From: a bacterium
GTDB lineage: Bacteria > Hinthialibacterota > Hinthialibacteria > Hinthialibacterales > Hinthialibacteraceae
Direction: 5' to 3'
Assembly: GCA_041946805.1 (NCBI GenBank)
Contig: JBHGBC010000015.1
Span: forward strand, 1-61,893
DNA length: 61,893 nt
The notes beneath the pieces were generated by a model. The model did not search any database, was not told the origin of the DNA, and was given only the letters and a program-made list of their open reading frames with translations. Position 1 is the stretch's first letter. Each line of letters starts with the position of its first letter. Below are positions 60,634 to 61,893 of the stretch, in pieces. Position numbers and translations under genes: made by a program.

Positions 60634-61658
60634 ACGTTTACATTCTTCTTTTCCCCATCCGCCGGAGCCGTCCAGTAATGCAGATGCTGGTCGGCCGAAA
60701 GAACCTGGAATCCGTTTTTCTCATAAAAGCGGAGCGCTTCGAGATTGTCCGCCATGGTGCGCAATTCAATCCCCTCCGCCTGCCCCTGCAGCGCGGCGAA
60801 CGTGGATTGCAACAGTTTTTTCCCCCCTCCTTTTCCCTGCAACCGCTCGTCCACGACGATAAAATCGATGATGCCGATGGATTTTCGGATATAAGGGCGC
60901 AGTGCCGGGTTGAGAAAGAGGGAACAAAAGCCACCCACCTCACCCTCGAACTCGGCGACCAGGATTTTATGCGCGAGTCCCTGGGCGGACTTCTGGATCC
61001 ATTCCGCGAACAGATCCCGTACCCGTTCCGGGGGAAAGCGGACTTCACAGAAAAAGTGACTGTGCTTGTGAGACCGCCGGATGATGTTTTGAAGCCGCGG
61101 AAGGTCGGTATCCCTAAAGTCCCGTATTGAAAATGTATCATAGCTTGGCCCGGGCGTTGTGTCAATAATGGATTTATTTAATGGAAGGTCCATCCGCAGC
61201 GAAGTCCCGACATGCGTAAATCCATGCCGGACCAAATGATAGACCAGCGCGTACTGGCGGGCCTCGGCGCGGATGGCGTAGACGCTGTCCGGCTCGTCAA
61301 GACAGTTTCGGAGTTCCCGGACCAGGGCTTCGATGAGGGGTTCATCCTCCATGAAACAGTAAAACGGCTGGATTTTGTAATATGAAACGCCAAAATGGCG
61401 GCTATGCCATGGGGAGGGCGAAATCCCCGCGACGGCCTGCACGCGCTCATCCGCGAGAAACACCATCAGGGAATGATGTCCGGTCGGGTCCTCGAGGGTC
61501 TGTATGATCCGCTGGGCATGAAAATCCAGGATGCCCGGATCCGCCAGGTACGAGACATAGCGGAAGGCCTGTTGCTCCCGCAACTGGTTGAAGTTCTGCT
61601 GGATGAGGGGGATATGGTCGGTGGTGGCTTGTACCCAGGGCATCTCAATGAACCCCAT
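60630..61658 (-). CDS. GNAT acetyltransferase (WecD-like C-terminal domain)
   Basis: SHF..E.RFP.E....LF.EW, V....QGKGGGKKL, T...N..ALRFYEKNGF. Confidence 0.78.
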   Translation of the reverse strand: MGFIEMPWVQATTDHIPLIQQNFNQLREQQAFRYVSYLADPGILDFHAQRIIQTLEDPTGHHSLMVFLADERVQAVAGISPSPWHSRHFGVSYYKIQPFYCFMEDEPLIEALVRELRNCLDEPDSVYAIRAEARQYALVYHLVRHGFTHVGTSLRMDLPLNKSIIDTTPGPSYDTFSIRDFRDTDLPRLQNIIRRSHKHSHFFCEVRFPPERVRDLFAEWIQKSAQGLAHKILVAEFEGEVGGFCSLFLNPALRPYIRKSIGIIDFIVVDERLQGKGGGKKLLQSTFAALQGQAEGIELRTMADNLEALRFYEKNGFQVLSADQHLHYWTAPADGEKKNVNV

Positions 61659-61708
61659 ATCGGAATTAGGTCCTTTTTGTATCGTAACAAATCGTCAAGG
61701 CGAAGAGA

Positions 61709-61893
61709 ATGTCTATAAAAAAACGATTGTTTTCCCTTTTTTGGGGGCGGGAGCGGTTGTCACGAACGCCTCCGGCTACGGACTTGCCGGCCGGTGTGCG
61801 ACGTTTTCTGGAACGGCTGCCCAAGGCGGAAATCCATCTCCATTTCGAGGGGGCGGTCAGCGCGCCGGTCATTCTGGAACTGGGGAGGAAATA
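61709..61893 (+). CDS. Adenosine deaminase family protein, 5' part (runs off the window)
   Basis: Manual translation gives FLERLPKAEIHLHFEGAV, the PK.E.H.H..G motif; start uncertain. Confidence 0.85.
   Translation, partial: MSIKKRLFSLFWGRERLSRTPPATDLPAGVRRFLERLPKAEIHLHFEGAVSAPVILELGRK

Overview
GC-rich bacterial chromosomal window, about 45 genes, no phage or CRISPR. The invariant FTLIELLIVVAIIGILAAIAVPNFLNAQxRAK pilin heads and W-tailed secreted proteins suggest a Sumerlaeota/Hinthialibacterota-like candidate lineage (inference). Housekeeping genes (purF, purA, addAB-like, trmB, cobB, ferredoxin, ECF sigma/anti-sigma, tRNA-Arg(CCG), partial adenosine deaminase) are interleaved with accessory genes. 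Strongest signal: five orphan type IV pilin/pseudopilin paralogues with an invariant N-terminus and variable heads. They sit next to carbohydrate uptake/hydrolysis genes or next to signal-peptide proteins. Four such secreted proteins end in the same C-terminal motif V-x-[DEG]-W-x-x-[YL]-COOH, a candidate undescribed sorting signal. Two of them carry three copies of an apparently circularly permuted galactose-binding-like domain. Also present: a 4-copy ~210-250 bp MITE carrying REP-like hairpins, an orphan Imm32-like gene, an OmpR gene remnant, and a tRNA-adjacent islet (XRE + unknown conserved protein + hicAB).
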